DNA of 40,301 nucleotides, taken from positions 1-40,301 of IMG/VR virus record IMGVR_UViG_3300027711_000006; one strand, given 5' to 3'. This document shows, in pieces, positions 9,605 through 20,101 of this stretch. This DNA comes from a virus. Its lineage: Duplodnaviria > Caudoviricetes. Every line of letters starts with the position of its first letter. Within the stretch, counting starts at the first letter, position 1. The position numbers and the translations under genes were made by a program. Below the pieces are notes generated by a model. That model was not told where the DNA came from and did no database searches. It saw nothing but the letters and a program-made list of their open reading frames with translations.

Positions 9605-10002
9605 GCGATGAACCCGAAGCGGTCGAGGCGGCCCTGTTGCAGACCTACCCGGGCCGTGACCCGTTAGGGGAGTACTGGCGGGGTGAGATCACACTCCGCC
9701 AACTACGGGTGATGTGCGAGCACCTGCCGCCCGACAGTGCGGTGCATCGGGCGGCGCGGGGGCACGCGTGGTTGGAGCAGGAGTATCTGCTGGCGGAGGT
9801 CGCTGATGCGGTGCGCACGTTGGCGGCGATCACCGTCGCGGTCAACTCCAAACGCCCCAAGTCGGTGAAGATGCCCCAACCATTGCCGCGGCCGGTGGAT
9901 GAGCTGGAAGAGGCACAAAAACGGGAGCGGGAGCAGGCCGCTGAGACGGCGTACTCCGACCTGTTGGGTGCTTTGACGCCGCAGTACGCAGAGACCACAT
10001 GA
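9574..10002 (+). CDS. Tail assembly chaperone T segment, probably made as a G-T fusion by -1 frameshift
   Basis: -1 frame open from 9574 (after TGA 9571) with AVEAAL...WRGEITLRQL...LPPDSA; no strong RBS of its own. Confidence 0.75.
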   Translation, partial: WDPYTALDLLGDEPEAVEAALLQTYPGRDPLGEYWRGEITLRQLRVMCEHLPPDSAVHRAARGHAWLEQEYLLAEVADAVRTLAAITVAVNSKRPKSVKMPQPLPRPVDELEEAQKREREQAAETAYSDLLGALTPQYAETT

Positions 10003-10023
10003 GCTAGAGGGGGGTGACCCCCT

Positions 10024-13000
10024 TTGGCGACTGTGGGCGCGGTATGGATCAACGTCCTCCCCTCCATGCAGGGGTTCGCATCAAACCTGCAGAAGCAGGC
10101 CACCAGTGCGGCGAAGGTCGCCGCTGTGGGCGCAGGCACGTCCATGGGCAACGCCATGGGCGACGCCACGGTGGGCGCCCTGGCCAAGAAGATGACCGCG
10201 AACTCCAAGCGGATGCAGGCCACCTTCACCGGGTCGACGAACGTGATGACCCGGTCCCTGGCCAACTTCCGGGCAGGGTTCGCTGACGTGGATGCTGCTG
10301 CGTCCCGATTCACGGGCCGCATGGGGTCCTTGGGTGGGGCCACCGCCCGAGGGCTCCGCCCTGGTGTGCAGGCCATTGGTGGGTTCGCGTCCGGGTTCTC
10401 CGACGCCCATGCCGCCGCCTCCGCATTCTCGGGGGTGGCGGGCACCCTGGGCGGAGTGGCCCGACGCGGGTTGAACCCTGCGGTGGTGGCGGCGCAGAAC
10501 CTGCACGCCGGATTCACCGACTCCGCTGCAGCCGCCAGCGCGTTCACCGGGTTCATGGGGTCGTTGGGTGGGGTGGCGCGCACCGCGCTGCAGCCCGGCA
10601 TTACCGCCGTGCACACCATCGGCACGGGCCTGTCCACGGCCGGCGCCACGGCTGTGTCCGCTTTTTCGACCATGCGGTCGGGGGTGGCGTCCGCTTTCGC
10701 GGGTGTGGGGTCAGCTGTGTCCTCGGTGTCCGACGCCGGGGCCACGGCCGCCTCTCAGATCACCGGATTCTTCACCAACGCCGCGACCACCGCCGCGGAC
10801 TCCATCCGCAACGTCTTGGGTGGGGCGATCGGCCAGGTCGCTGGTCTGCTCGGTGTGATCGGTCTGGGGTCGCTCGGGTCGCAGGTGGCATCCGTCGCCA
10901 GCGGTGCGGCCACCACCCAAGCCCAGATCGAAGCGCTGTACGGGGCTGCTGGTGGTGGGGCCGCTGAGGTCACCGCCCTCATGGACGGGATGGCGGAGCG
11001 TTTCCGCGGCCTGGACATGAACGTCATGCGCCAAGGCGCGGTGTCCTTGGCGTACATGGGCCTCCAAGGCGAAGAAGCCGTGGGCGTGCTGGAAAGGTTG
11101 GAGAAAGCCACCACGGCCACGGGTTCCGGCGCTGTGGGTATGGAACGTGCGATGTCCGCCCTGACCAAGGGCGTGAACGCCGGCAAGTTCCAAATGGTGG
11201 AACTCAACCAGATCAGTGATGCTGGTATCCCCATCTACGACGCCCTGTCCGATGTGCTCGGGGTGGACATCCCCACCGCGCAGAAGATGGCGACCGACGG
11301 CGCGATCGGCCTGGAAGAGGTCCTGCAGGCCCTCAGCGGTGACCACGGCACCTGGTTCCCCGCCCTGCTGGAGGGCGCCGACAACGTGTCGGCCACGTTC
11401 GCCGGCGCCTGGTCCACCATCCAATCGACCATCGTCAACGGGTTCGCCTCCGAGCTGATGCCGCTGTTCGACCGGGCGACCCCGCTCATGCTCGACCTGG
11501 CGGAGAAGGTCGACCAGGGTTTCCAGGCGTTGCCGGGGATCATCGACCGGGTCCGTCAGGCGTTCTCGGAGCTGATGGAACGCACCGGGTTGGACAAACT
11601 GCCCGGGATCCTCACCGGGTCGGTGATACCGGCTGCCCGTGACCTGTGGACCACCGTTCAGCCGCTCGCCGTCATCGTGGGCGGCGCCCTGGTGGTCGGG
11701 GTGCGGGCGTTCATGGAGGGCCTGCAGCGGCTGGGGCCGGTGCTGACGTCGGTGACGGGGTGGCTGGCGGAGAACCGCAAGTGGGTCACCCTCGTCGGCG
11801 TGGCGATCTTGGGTGGTGTGGCCGCCTACTACGCACTCGGAGTGGCGTCTGCGGTGATCCGCACGATCACCTCGGTGACGAAGATCTGGACCATTGCGCA
11901 GGCCGCGTTCAACGCGGTCATGGCGATGAACCCGATCATGCTCGTCGTCATCGCGATCGGCGCGCTGGTCGCCGGAATCATCTACGCCTACAAGAACTTC
12001 GAAGGATTCCGCAAGGTCGTCGACACGGTGTGGCAGGCCATCAAAACCGCCGCCATGTGGATCTGGGACAAGGGCCTCAAACCCGCCTTCGACGGGATCA
12101 TGGTCGGGATCCGGTGGGTGGGGGACGCCGCCCTGTGGTTGTGGAACTCCGCGATCAAACCCGCGTGGGATGCGATCGTGGGCGCGTTCCAAGCCACCAA
12201 GTCTGGGGCCGGAAATGCTCTGGGGTGGTTGTCGGATGCCCTGACCGCGGTCGGTGAGACCGTCATGGGAATCTGGACCGACTACGTCCGGCCTGCTTTC
12301 GCGTTCATCTGGCGGTGGATCAAGAACATCGTCACCGGGATCATCGTGGTGGCTCTCATCCCGCTGATCCTGTGGTTTAAGGCCGTGTCCACGATCGTCA
12401 CGTGGGTGTGGTCTTCTGTGATCAAACCGGTGTTCGCCTGGATCGGTCAGGCCGCGGTGTGGTTGTGGGAGAACGCACTTAAGCCCGCGTGGAACTGGAT
12501 CGTCGACGGTTTGAAAACCGTGGGCGGCTGGTTCGTGTGGTTGTGGGACAACGCGATCAAACCAGCGATCGACTGGATCGCCGCTGGGGCCCTGTGGTTG
12601 TGGGACAACGCCATCAAACCCGCCTGGGACTGGATCGTGGGCGGCATCAAGCGGCTGGGAGGCTGGTTCACGAGGCTGTGGACCACCTACATCAAACCCG
12701 CGATCGACTGGATCGCTGACGGTTTCACCTGGCTGTGGAATCAGATCAAGTACGCGTTCAACTGGATCGTGGCGCACATCACCCGCTGGTGGACGCTGAC
12801 GAAGTTCCGGTTCAACCTGGCGATCGCTTTCATCCGCGGGGCGTTGGCTGGCGCTTTCAACTGGTTCAAGGACCGGGTCATCAAACCGGTGTGGAACTGG
12901 ATCAGCGGGCACATCACCCGCATCTGGGAGAACGGCATCAAACCCGCCTTCGAGAAGGTGATGGAGGGGGTGGACTGGCTCAAGGACGCCTTCAACACGG

Positions 13001-14364
13001 GTAAGGAAGCGATCAAGGACGCCTGGAACGGCATCCGCGACTCGGCGAAGAAACCGATCAACTTCCTGATCGACACCGTGTACAACGAGGGCATCCGCCC
13101 CTTGTGGAACAAGGTCGCCGGTGTGGTGGGCGCGGACAAGCTCGACAAGGTCAAGGCGTTCGCCACCGGTGGTGCGGTGTACGGGGCTGGTACCGCCACC
13201 TCCGATTCCATTCCGGCTCTGTTGTCCAACAACGAGCACGTGTGGACCGCACGCGAGGTGTCCGCTGCTGGTGGGCATGGTGCGGTGGAGGCGATCCGCC
13301 AGACCGCTCTGGCCGGGGGGTTCACCTACGCCCGTGGTGGCAGGGTCGGGTTCCCCAACCCGCCGCGCATCCCGTCTGCGCGGACCCTGCTGGAAGCCGT
13401 CAAGGGGTTCCTGTCGCCGTCGGGTCTGTTCTCCTTGGGTGGGGACATCATCACCGGCGACTACGAAAGCGCTGTGGACAAGGTCCTCAAACCCGCGAGG
13501 ACCATCACCAAGGAGATCGGCACCGAAGGGTTCCCCGGCACCCCGTACCAGCTGGTGAAGACCGGCGGCGACAAGATGAAAGCCAAGATCCGGGAGTTGG
13601 TGGAGGCGTGGAACTCCTCCATGGCCGGTGGCGGGGGTGCGGACGACTGGGTGGGGTTGGGTTCGGCGTCGGAGCGGCTGCAAAGGGCTGCGACGTGGGC
13701 CCGTACCCAGCACGGCAAGCCGTACCAGTGGGGTGGTAACGGAAACCCGTCCTGGGACTGCTCCGGGTTCGTGTCCGCGATCGAGTCGGTGATTCGTGGG
13801 CAGCGCCCGCACCGGAGGTGGTCCACGCACGCCTTCCAGGGCAACCGGGCCCCGGCGGGGTGGGTGCGGAACCTGGCCAGCCCGTACATGATCGGTGTCT
13901 CCCACTCCGGTGTCGGGCACACCGCGGGCACCTTGATGGGTGTCAACGTCGAATCCGCTGGCGGCGGTAAGGGTGTGCTGGTGGGCTCCCGAGCCCGCGG
14001 CGCCCGGTCGTCGATGTTCCCGTACCGGTACGGGTTCGCTCCGGTGGCGGGAGACCGCACACCCATAGCGGCCCCGGACGGCCCGGCGCAGCTGTACGAC
14101 CGGGGCGGGTACGTCCAGCCCGGCATGACGCTGGTCGCCAACCGGTCCGGCAAACCGGAGCCGGTGCTCACCTCGGCACAGTGGCGGGACATGCACGCCC
14201 TAGCCCAGTCGGTGGGCGCTGAGGGCGGCGGTCAGTTGATGCGGGACGCCCACATCCACCTGGAGAACAGTGAGGCGACGGTGGAGCAGGCGTTTCGCCG
14301 TTTGGACACCGAGCTGCGTAAGCGCCGCCGTGGCGGTGTGCACGCCGGAAGGGTGGGCGGCTAG
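10024..14364 (+). CDS. Tape measure protein with C-terminal NlpC/P60 domain
   Basis: 1446 aa Ala/Gly-rich; ELNQISDAGIP tape-measure motif; Trp-periodic repeats; GKPYQWGG...DCSG...GHT. Confidence 0.95.
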   Translation: MATVGAVWINVLPSMQGFASNLQKQATSAAKVAAVGAGTSMGNAMGDATVGALAKKMTANSKRMQATFTGSTNVMTRSLANFRAGFADVDAAASRFTGRMGSLGGATARGLRPGVQAIGGFASGFSDAHAAASAFSGVAGTLGGVARRGLNPAVVAAQNLHAGFTDSAAAASAFTGFMGSLGGVARTALQPGITAVHTIGTGLSTAGATAVSAFSTMRSGVASAFAGVGSAVSSVSDAGATAASQITGFFTNAATTAADSIRNVLGGAIGQVAGLLGVIGLGSLGSQVASVASGAATTQAQIEALYGAAGGGAAEVTALMDGMAERFRGLDMNVMRQGAVSLAYMGLQGEEAVGVLERLEKATTATGSGAVGMERAMSALTKGVNAGKFQMVELNQISDAGIPIYDALSDVLGVDIPTAQKMATDGAIGLEEVLQALSGDHGTWFPALLEGADNVSATFAGAWSTIQSTIVNGFASELMPLFDRATPLMLDLAEKVDQGFQALPGIIDRVRQAFSELMERTGLDKLPGILTGSVIPAARDLWTTVQPLAVIVGGALVVGVRAFMEGLQRLGPVLTSVTGWLAENRKWVTLVGVAILGGVAAYYALGVASAVIRTITSVTKIWTIAQAAFNAVMAMNPIMLVVIAIGALVAGIIYAYKNFEGFRKVVDTVWQAIKTAAMWIWDKGLKPAFDGIMVGIRWVGDAALWLWNSAIKPAWDAIVGAFQATKSGAGNALGWLSDALTAVGETVMGIWTDYVRPAFAFIWRWIKNIVTGIIVVALIPLILWFKAVSTIVTWVWSSVIKPVFAWIGQAAVWLWENALKPAWNWIVDGLKTVGGWFVWLWDNAIKPAIDWIAAGALWLWDNAIKPAWDWIVGGIKRLGGWFTRLWTTYIKPAIDWIADGFTWLWNQIKYAFNWIVAHITRWWTLTKFRFNLAIAFIRGALAGAFNWFKDRVIKPVWNWISGHITRIWENGIKPAFEKVMEGVDWLKDAFNTGKEAIKDAWNGIRDSAKKPINFLIDTVYNEGIRPLWNKVAGVVGADKLDKVKAFATGGAVYGAGTATSDSIPALLSNNEHVWTAREVSAAGGHGAVEAIRQTALAGGFTYARGGRVGFPNPPRIPSARTLLEAVKGFLSPSGLFSLGGDIITGDYESAVDKVLKPARTITKEIGTEGFPGTPYQLVKTGGDKMKAKIRELVEAWNSSMAGGGGADDWVGLGSASERLQRAATWARTQHGKPYQWGGNGNPSWDCSGFVSAIESVIRGQRPHRRWSTHAFQGNRAPAGWVRNLASPYMIGVSHSGVGHTAGTLMGVNVESAGGGKGVLVGSRARGARSSMFPYRYGFAPVAGDRTPIAAPDGPAQLYDRGGYVQPGMTLVANRSGKPEPVLTSAQWRDMHALAQSVGAEGGGQLMRDAHIHLENSEATVEQAFRRLDTELRKRRRGGVHAGRVGG
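10273..10600 (+). repeat. Three tandem 117-bp (39-aa) repeats in tape measure N-terminus
   Basis: GFxDxxAAASxFxGxxGxLGG units start at 10273, 10390, 10507. Confidence 0.85.
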
Positions 14365-15264
14365 GTGCTCCAAGAGTCACAGTTCGAGATCGGCGGGTAC
14401 CGGTTCGGCCGGGACCTTCCTGTCGAGGTGACGGTGTTCGACGTCGCCGGCGCTGAGACACAGGTCGGTGACCTCGACCTGCCCGGTCAGGACGGGACGG
14501 TGTTCGGCCGCGACACCAAAACCGGCAGCGAGCTGACCTTCGAGTTGTCGGTGAACACCCGCACCCCGGATGACGCCAAACACGAGTGGGGGGAGCTGTC
14601 CACCCGGTGGGACGCCGCGACCGTGAGGTCGCGGCCCCGCCAGGTGGTCCCTTTGCGGATCCGCACCCCCGGGCAGCGGAGCGTGGTCGTCTACGGGCGG
14701 CCACGCTCGTTGGAACGCACCTCCTCGTTGGCGTTGATGAAGGTGGGTCGGATCGACGCGGTGGCGACGTTCCAGTGCGCGGACGCCTACTTCTACGCCG
14801 ACACCGGTGTTGATGGTGAGGGTGGGGCCCGGTCGATCACCCTCACTCTTGTCACCAGCGCCGGCAGCGGTGGGATCGTGTGGCCGGTCACGTGGCCACT
14901 GGTGTGGGGCACCCAGGGAATGCGTCAGGACACGGTGGTCAACTCCGGGGACTCCCCGTCGTGGCCGGTGATCACCTTCCGCGGGCCCGTCGCCCAGCCC
15001 AGCATTGAGCTGGTCGGCACGGGCCGGCGGTTGTCGCTGGACACCACGCTCGCCTATGACCGGTCGATCACGATCGACACCCGGCCGTGGGCGCGCACGA
15101 TCCTGCGTGATGACGGCGCCTCGTTCGCGGGTGTGGCCCGCGGCGCGTCCCTCGCGGAGTTCCAGCTTCCTGTCGGACAGACCGTGCTCGCGTACCGCGG
15201 CACCGACCTGTCCGGCCAATCCCGCTGCGTCATCACGTGGCGGGACGCTTACACCACGCCTTAG
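14365..15264 (+). CDS. Distal tail protein (Dit-like)
   Basis: Follows TMP; FGRD, YGRPR, NSGDSPSWPVITFRGP, WRDAY. Confidence 0.85.
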   Translation: MLQESQFEIGGYRFGRDLPVEVTVFDVAGAETQVGDLDLPGQDGTVFGRDTKTGSELTFELSVNTRTPDDAKHEWGELSTRWDAATVRSRPRQVVPLRIRTPGQRSVVVYGRPRSLERTSSLALMKVGRIDAVATFQCADAYFYADTGVDGEGGARSITLTLVTSAGSGGIVWPVTWPLVWGTQGMRQDTVVNSGDSPSWPVITFRGPVAQPSIELVGTGRRLSLDTTLAYDRSITIDTRPWARTILRDDGASFAGVARGASLAEFQLPVGQTVLAYRGTDLSGQSRCVITWRDAYTTP

Positions 15265-15272
15265 GAGGACAT

Positions 15273-16289
15273 ATGGCTTTGGAGATGGACTCCTGGGCGG
15301 TCACAGGCGCCCAGTCGTCCGCGCGTATCGCGAGGTTGATGCACCAGTCCGGCACCGCGTCCGGGAACGGTGTCGTCGACGTCGGGCACCTGCAGGTTCT
15401 TCCACTGGAGGTTCCGGGCGGGGGTGTGCGCATCACTGCTGGTGGCGCGACGATCCTCGGCCGGGAGCAGGAATTTCAGGGCTCCTATTTCGCGTACAAC
15501 GTCGGTGACGCGACGGTCGACATCACCCCTACAGGGTCCGGCGGTGGTCGGTCTGACCTGATCGTGCTACGGGTCGAGGACCCCAACATCGACGGAACGC
15601 CCTGGTCTCATGACGTGACCAGCGATCCCGTCTACTACTTCCGGGTCATCGAGGGCGTGTCCTCCACCGCGACGGAACCACCCGTGGGCATGTCGGCGGT
15701 CGCGCTGGCGCGGATCGACCTTCCTGCTTCGACCGGCACGGTCACGGCAGGGATGGTCCAGGACGTCCGCCAGTCCGCGAACCCCAAATCGCAGCGAATC
15801 TTGCGGGTGCAGCGCGGCGGCACCATGTCCGACGGGGAGACCTGGGACGAAGCGGGAAACATCCAAAACCCCGATTTCGAGCGGTGGCCGCAGCACGACT
15901 GGTCGGTGACCATCCCGAAATACGCCACCCAGGTGCAGATCCTCGCGGACTGGACGAACGTGTTCCTGAAGCCGTTGACGCCAAGTGGTGCGAATGATGC
16001 GATCGGGCAGCTGTTCGTGGGCCTGGTCGGCGGGCCGGATGGCCCGCTGTATACGACCCCGTCGGCGTACAACTTCAACCAGTTCTCCGACACCAACGGA
16101 TACCGGTGCTCTGCGTCCAACAAGGACCAGATCAGTATCCCGCCCGAGTGGCGTGGTCTGACTGTGCAGGTACGCATGTACGTGATGGGCAGTGCTGGCC
16201 AGAATGGGCGTCTGGTGGCGGACAGCTGGGCGAATTTCTCGGTGGACATGGAGTTCCTCGAAATACCCGCGCCTGAGGCTGAGCTGTAG
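15273..16289 (+). CDS. Minor tail/baseplate protein
   Basis: GGGRSDLIVLRVEDP and LARIDLPAST motifs typical of actinophage minor tail proteins; AGGAGG RBS. Confidence 0.8.
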   Translation: MALEMDSWAVTGAQSSARIARLMHQSGTASGNGVVDVGHLQVLPLEVPGGGVRITAGGATILGREQEFQGSYFAYNVGDATVDITPTGSGGGRSDLIVLRVEDPNIDGTPWSHDVTSDPVYYFRVIEGVSSTATEPPVGMSAVALARIDLPASTGTVTAGMVQDVRQSANPKSQRILRVQRGGTMSDGETWDEAGNIQNPDFERWPQHDWSVTIPKYATQVQILADWTNVFLKPLTPSGANDAIGQLFVGLVGGPDGPLYTTPSAYNFNQFSDTNGYRCSASNKDQISIPPEWRGLTVQVRMYVMGSAGQNGRLVADSWANFSVDMEFLEIPAPEAEL

Positions 16290-16292
16290 GGG

Positions 16293-17582
16293 GTGAGCAT
16301 GCCTGACTGGCAGCAACTTCCTGAACGGCGTCCTTTGCCACCGGCTCCGTTGTGGCGGTTCTACGCGATGCGGTGGACTGGGGTGTGGGTGCACCGTGAG
16401 CTCCCTTTGCGGGACGTCAGCATCACGCACACCTTGTCGGGGCCGGGGGATCTGACCGCGTCCATTGAGCCTACGTATGCGGACTTGGTGGCTGATGATG
16501 GGCAGCTGGTGTTGCGGGAGTGGGACACCATCATCCTCGCTGAGGCGTCCGGGCAAATCCGTGGCGGGGGGATCCTGGTGTCCACCGAGGTGGTGGGGGA
16601 CGACCTGTCGTTGGATTGTGTGGGGTTTTCGGGGTACGCAGCGGGGATGCCGCTCACCTCCACCCTGTCGTGGGGCGGTAGCAGCGCGGGCACCACGGGG
16701 ACCGGTGTGGACCCAGCGGTTGTGGTGCGCGCCCTGTGGGGGCACCTGCAGTCTCAGCCTGATGGTGGCCTCGGCGTGGTCGTTGACAACCTCAGCACGC
16801 CGTACCGGTTGGGTGCGTGGCACAACGCGAGGAAGCTTCCCACAGAGGATGAGCCCAAACCCCCGGCCTCTGAGGTGGAGGACCCGCCGATCCCCATCGA
16901 CCGGGTGTGGACCGCTCAGGACCGTAAACCCCCGGCGGCGACAGGCAAAACCGTGTACTGGCAGTACAGGCTGGACTGGTTCGAGGATGTCGAGGTCGGC
17001 GCCAAGATCGACGAGATCTGCACACAAGCCAGCATCGACTACCGCGAAGTATGGGGGTGGGGGCCCGACCGCGAGTCGGTGGTGATGCGCCTGGAACTGG
17101 GCTACCCACGCCTGGGCAGACGCGCCTCCACCCTGCGGTTCGTGGAGGGCGAGAACATCAGCGAACTGGTCACTCTCCAACGCTCGGGGGAGGACTTTGC
17201 GAACGTGGTGGCGGCCTACGGCACCGGCGAGGGCTCCAAGCAGAAACGGGCCACCGCCTCCCAACGGGACGGACGGTTGCGCCGGGTGCAGATTGTGGAC
17301 GCCACCGACGTCGACAACGCTGCGGCGTTGCAGGCGATCGCCCGGGACAAGCTGGCGCGCACCCGCCAGTTCACCGACATCACCGGTTTCGTGGTGCGCG
17401 AGCACCCCAACGCACCCCTCGGGTCGTTCGGGGTGGGTGATGACGTGCTGGTGGAAACCACTTTGGGGTGGCAACCAACCCGCATGTGGGTGCGCATCCT
17501 GTCGTACAGCTTCTCTCCGGGCGGCGACACCGTGTCCATCACGTGTGCCCGGTCGGATTCCTTCGATTACACCGGGAGGTGA
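16293..17582 (+). CDS. Minor tail protein (baseplate hub-like)
   Basis: LSGPGDLTASI, IRGGGI, LGYPRLG, FVEGENI, GDDV motifs; alternative ATG 16299. Confidence 0.8.
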   Translation: MSMPDWQQLPERRPLPPAPLWRFYAMRWTGVWVHRELPLRDVSITHTLSGPGDLTASIEPTYADLVADDGQLVLREWDTIILAEASGQIRGGGILVSTEVVGDDLSLDCVGFSGYAAGMPLTSTLSWGGSSAGTTGTGVDPAVVVRALWGHLQSQPDGGLGVVVDNLSTPYRLGAWHNARKLPTEDEPKPPASEVEDPPIPIDRVWTAQDRKPPAATGKTVYWQYRLDWFEDVEVGAKIDEICTQASIDYREVWGWGPDRESVVMRLELGYPRLGRRASTLRFVEGENISELVTLQRSGEDFANVVAAYGTGEGSKQKRATASQRDGRLRRVQIVDATDVDNAAALQAIARDKLARTRQFTDITGFVVREHPNAPLGSFGVGDDVLVETTLGWQPTRMWVRILSYSFSPGGDTVSITCARSDSFDYTGR

Positions 17583-17584
17583 CC

Positions 17585-19627
17585 GTGTCTGAGGCTGCGC
17601 TGCGGCGTCAGGTAGAGCGGATCGCTGCTGAGTTGGCGCGCACACAGGCGGAGGTGCAGACCCTTCGGCGTGCGGCCCGACGCCCTCAGCTGGGCGACTC
17701 CAGTATCGACTCGGGGGCGTTGGAGGTACGCGACCCCGAGGGTGCGACCCGGTTGCGCCTGGGCTATCAGCCCGATGGCACGGTCGGTGTCATTTCCGAG
17801 GGTGGTGATCCTCCCCCGGTCCCGGCGGGTCTGGTGGTGGAGGGCATCCCCGCAGGGTTGTCGGTGACGTGGAACGCCACGCTGTCGGGTGATGGTGACC
17901 TTCCTGGGGACTTCGATCACGTCAACGTCCACGTGTCCGAGCAGGACGGGTTCACCCCGGACGAGGGCACGTTCGTCGGCACGATCACCCGCGCCGGCGG
18001 CAGTCTGCCGGTCGCTCCGCTGGAGGTCGGCACCACCTACTATGTGCGGCTGGTCGGCGTCACCACCTCCGGTGTGCAAGGGGAGCCGTCCGCACAGGCC
18101 AGTGGGGTGCCCGAAGCCGTCGGCGGTGTGCCCGGGCCCGGGTCCATCACGGAAACGGAAATCGCCGACGACGCAATCTCCACACCCAAGCTGCAGGCCG
18201 AAGCGGTGACCGCGCTGAAGATCGCCGCGAACGCCATCGAAGCCGGACACATCCTCGCCGGCGCCGTCACCGCCGCCAAGCTCGAATCCGACCTGGTGCT
18301 GGGCACAAGGATCATCGCGGGCAGCCCCGGCGGTGCCCGCGTGGAACTCGATGACACTGGGATCCGCGGCTACACCGACGCCGACGAGCTCGCATTTGTC
18401 ATCGACGACACCGGCGACGCGATCTTCTCCGGTGACATCGTCGGCTCCGAAATCAGCGGGTCGCGCTTCCTCATGGGTAGCGCACCAGGCCCGCACGGCA
18501 CTATCGAGCAGACCCCCAACGGGGTGCAGGTCAGTGTCCAATCTGACACCATGCAGGCCGCCCTGGCCGCCTTCACGACTCAGGCGCTTTTCGGCGCGGT
18601 CTCGGACGCCGGGAATCCGTCGAGCCCCCAAACCGCTTTCGCAGCACTCAGCGACCAGGTGGTCTTCGCTGTGAATTCGTCAGCTTCCCAGGAGGACTGG
18701 AAGCCGTCTGTCGCGGGCAGCGCTTTCCCCCACCTCGCCCAGCTCGTGGTCTGGTCCCGGCGGAACGACCTCGGGGCTCCCCGCGCGTCTTTGGTGGCGA
18801 CCGAGACCAGGGCCGAAGGGGCGTGGACGAGTGGTAGTGGCGCCACGGTGCAGGTCATCGCTCGGGCCGATTGGACGGGCATCAGCGTCACCCCGGAGAA
18901 CTCCACGGTGGGGCAGCCCCCCGCGGCCCCCGGGTTTGTTTACGGGTTCCGGCGGGGCAGCACGGACGCCCCCACCCTGTCCCTGCAGTCACCGATGTCA
19001 GAGTCAGGGCCGGGCGCTGAGCGGCGGTCCATCATCCACGTGGAGGGGGCGAACACCACCCGTCCGCACACTGTGATCAATCATGCCGCGCGCCACCACT
19101 ACCTGCAGGGTGAGCTGGTGTCGGGATCCACGGACACCACCACGGACGGCGTGGTGGAGCTCGCGCCCACGCACAGCCTGTCCGCACCCCGACATGCTCC
19201 GGTCCGCACGGACATGGCTGCGCAGCCCACCGCGTCCGGCGACGGGAACTTCCACGACTTCACCACCGGGCAGATGCCCGCGGTCGCTTTCAAAACGGGC
19301 TGGTCGGGTCGGGCCCGGGTCACCATCACGATGTGCGGCATCAACAACAACACCAACGCGTCCACCATTGCCCTGGGTTTCCGTCTGTCCGGCGCCGGAA
19401 CTGTCCCCGCGTCATTGCAGCGCGCCGCGATGGTCCGCTCCATGGGGTCAGGGTCAGCGACCACCGCGGGCCGCCAGCAGAGCGTCACCGTGTACCTGGA
19501 CCTGGCGGGCAACGCCGGCTACACGCTCACCCCGATGTGGCGGATCAGCGGCTCCACACCATGGAGCTCGCACCAGTTGTTTGACCTCAACTACCAAAAC
19601 AGCATTGTCGTCGAGCCACTCCTGTGA
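17585..19627 (+). CDS. Tail fiber/receptor-binding protein with FN3-like domain
   Basis: N-terminal coiled coil, FN3-like TTYYVRLVGV, AVTALKIAANAIEAGHI repeats; GGAGG RBS. Confidence 0.8.
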   Translation: MSEAALRRQVERIAAELARTQAEVQTLRRAARRPQLGDSSIDSGALEVRDPEGATRLRLGYQPDGTVGVISEGGDPPPVPAGLVVEGIPAGLSVTWNATLSGDGDLPGDFDHVNVHVSEQDGFTPDEGTFVGTITRAGGSLPVAPLEVGTTYYVRLVGVTTSGVQGEPSAQASGVPEAVGGVPGPGSITETEIADDAISTPKLQAEAVTALKIAANAIEAGHILAGAVTAAKLESDLVLGTRIIAGSPGGARVELDDTGIRGYTDADELAFVIDDTGDAIFSGDIVGSEISGSRFLMGSAPGPHGTIEQTPNGVQVSVQSDTMQAALAAFTTQALFGAVSDAGNPSSPQTAFAALSDQVVFAVNSSASQEDWKPSVAGSAFPHLAQLVVWSRRNDLGAPRASLVATETRAEGAWTSGSGATVQVIARADWTGISVTPENSTVGQPPAAPGFVYGFRRGSTDAPTLSLQSPMSESGPGAERRSIIHVEGANTTRPHTVINHAARHHYLQGELVSGSTDTTTDGVVELAPTHSLSAPRHAPVRTDMAAQPTASGDGNFHDFTTGQMPAVAFKTGWSGRARVTITMCGINNNTNASTIALGFRLSGAGTVPASLQRAAMVRSMGSGSATTAGRQQSVTVYLDLAGNAGYTLTPMWRISGSTPWSSHQLFDLNYQNSIVVEPLL

Positions 19628-19637
19628 GGAGCACACC

Positions 19638-19802
19638 ATGACCGAACCCGAAACACCGGGCGACCCGCTGGAGATCGATCCGCCCATCGACCCGGGCATC
19701 CCTGCCCCCCACGACCCCCCGCAGGACCCGGACCCGCCGGAGCTGTCCCCGCCCGGCTCCGGTCGTGAGTACCCGCCCGACCCGCCGATGCCTGAGGAGT
19801 GA
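19638..19802 (+). CDS. Small Pro/acidic-rich protein
   Basis: GAGGAG RBS, ATG 19638, MTEPETPGDP...; GTGA overlap with next gene. Confidence 0.65.
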   Translation: MTEPETPGDPLEIDPPIDPGIPAPHDPPQDPDPPELSPPGSGREYPPDPPMPEE

Positions 19803-20101
19803 GCTTGGATGCCTTGTCCCTCCTAGTGCCGGTCCTGCCCTACGGGGCAGGGGGAGTCCTCGCCTTCGGGATCATGCTGATCCTCACTGGACGGCTCGTC
19901 CCCGCCGGGACCGTCGACAAGCTCCTCGCGGGCCGCGATGAGCGCATAGAGGAGCTCAAGGCGACGATCGCCTCCGAGCGTGACCGGAACTGCCGCCAGG
20001 CTCAGCAGATCACCGACCTGCTGGAATCAGGAAGGACCACGGTGCATGTCTTGGAGGAGATCCGCAAAGTCGCTCAGCACGGGCCGGGGGAGGGCATGTG
20101 A
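19799..20101 (+). CDS. Membrane protein of lysis cassette (TM plus coiled coil)
   Basis: Hydrophobic N-terminus, LILTGRLVP motif. Confidence 0.75.
   Translation: MSLDALSLLVPVLPYGAGGVLAFGIMLILTGRLVPAGTVDKLLAGRDERIEELKATIASERDRNCRQAQQITDLLESGRTTVHVLEEIRKVAQHGPGEGM

Noticed and set aside
10711-14196. 1161-aa minus-strand ORF and similar long antisense ORFs (469-2349, 15567-17645, 38535-39863)
   Set aside because: Shadow ORFs of GC-rich genes with no protein motifs.
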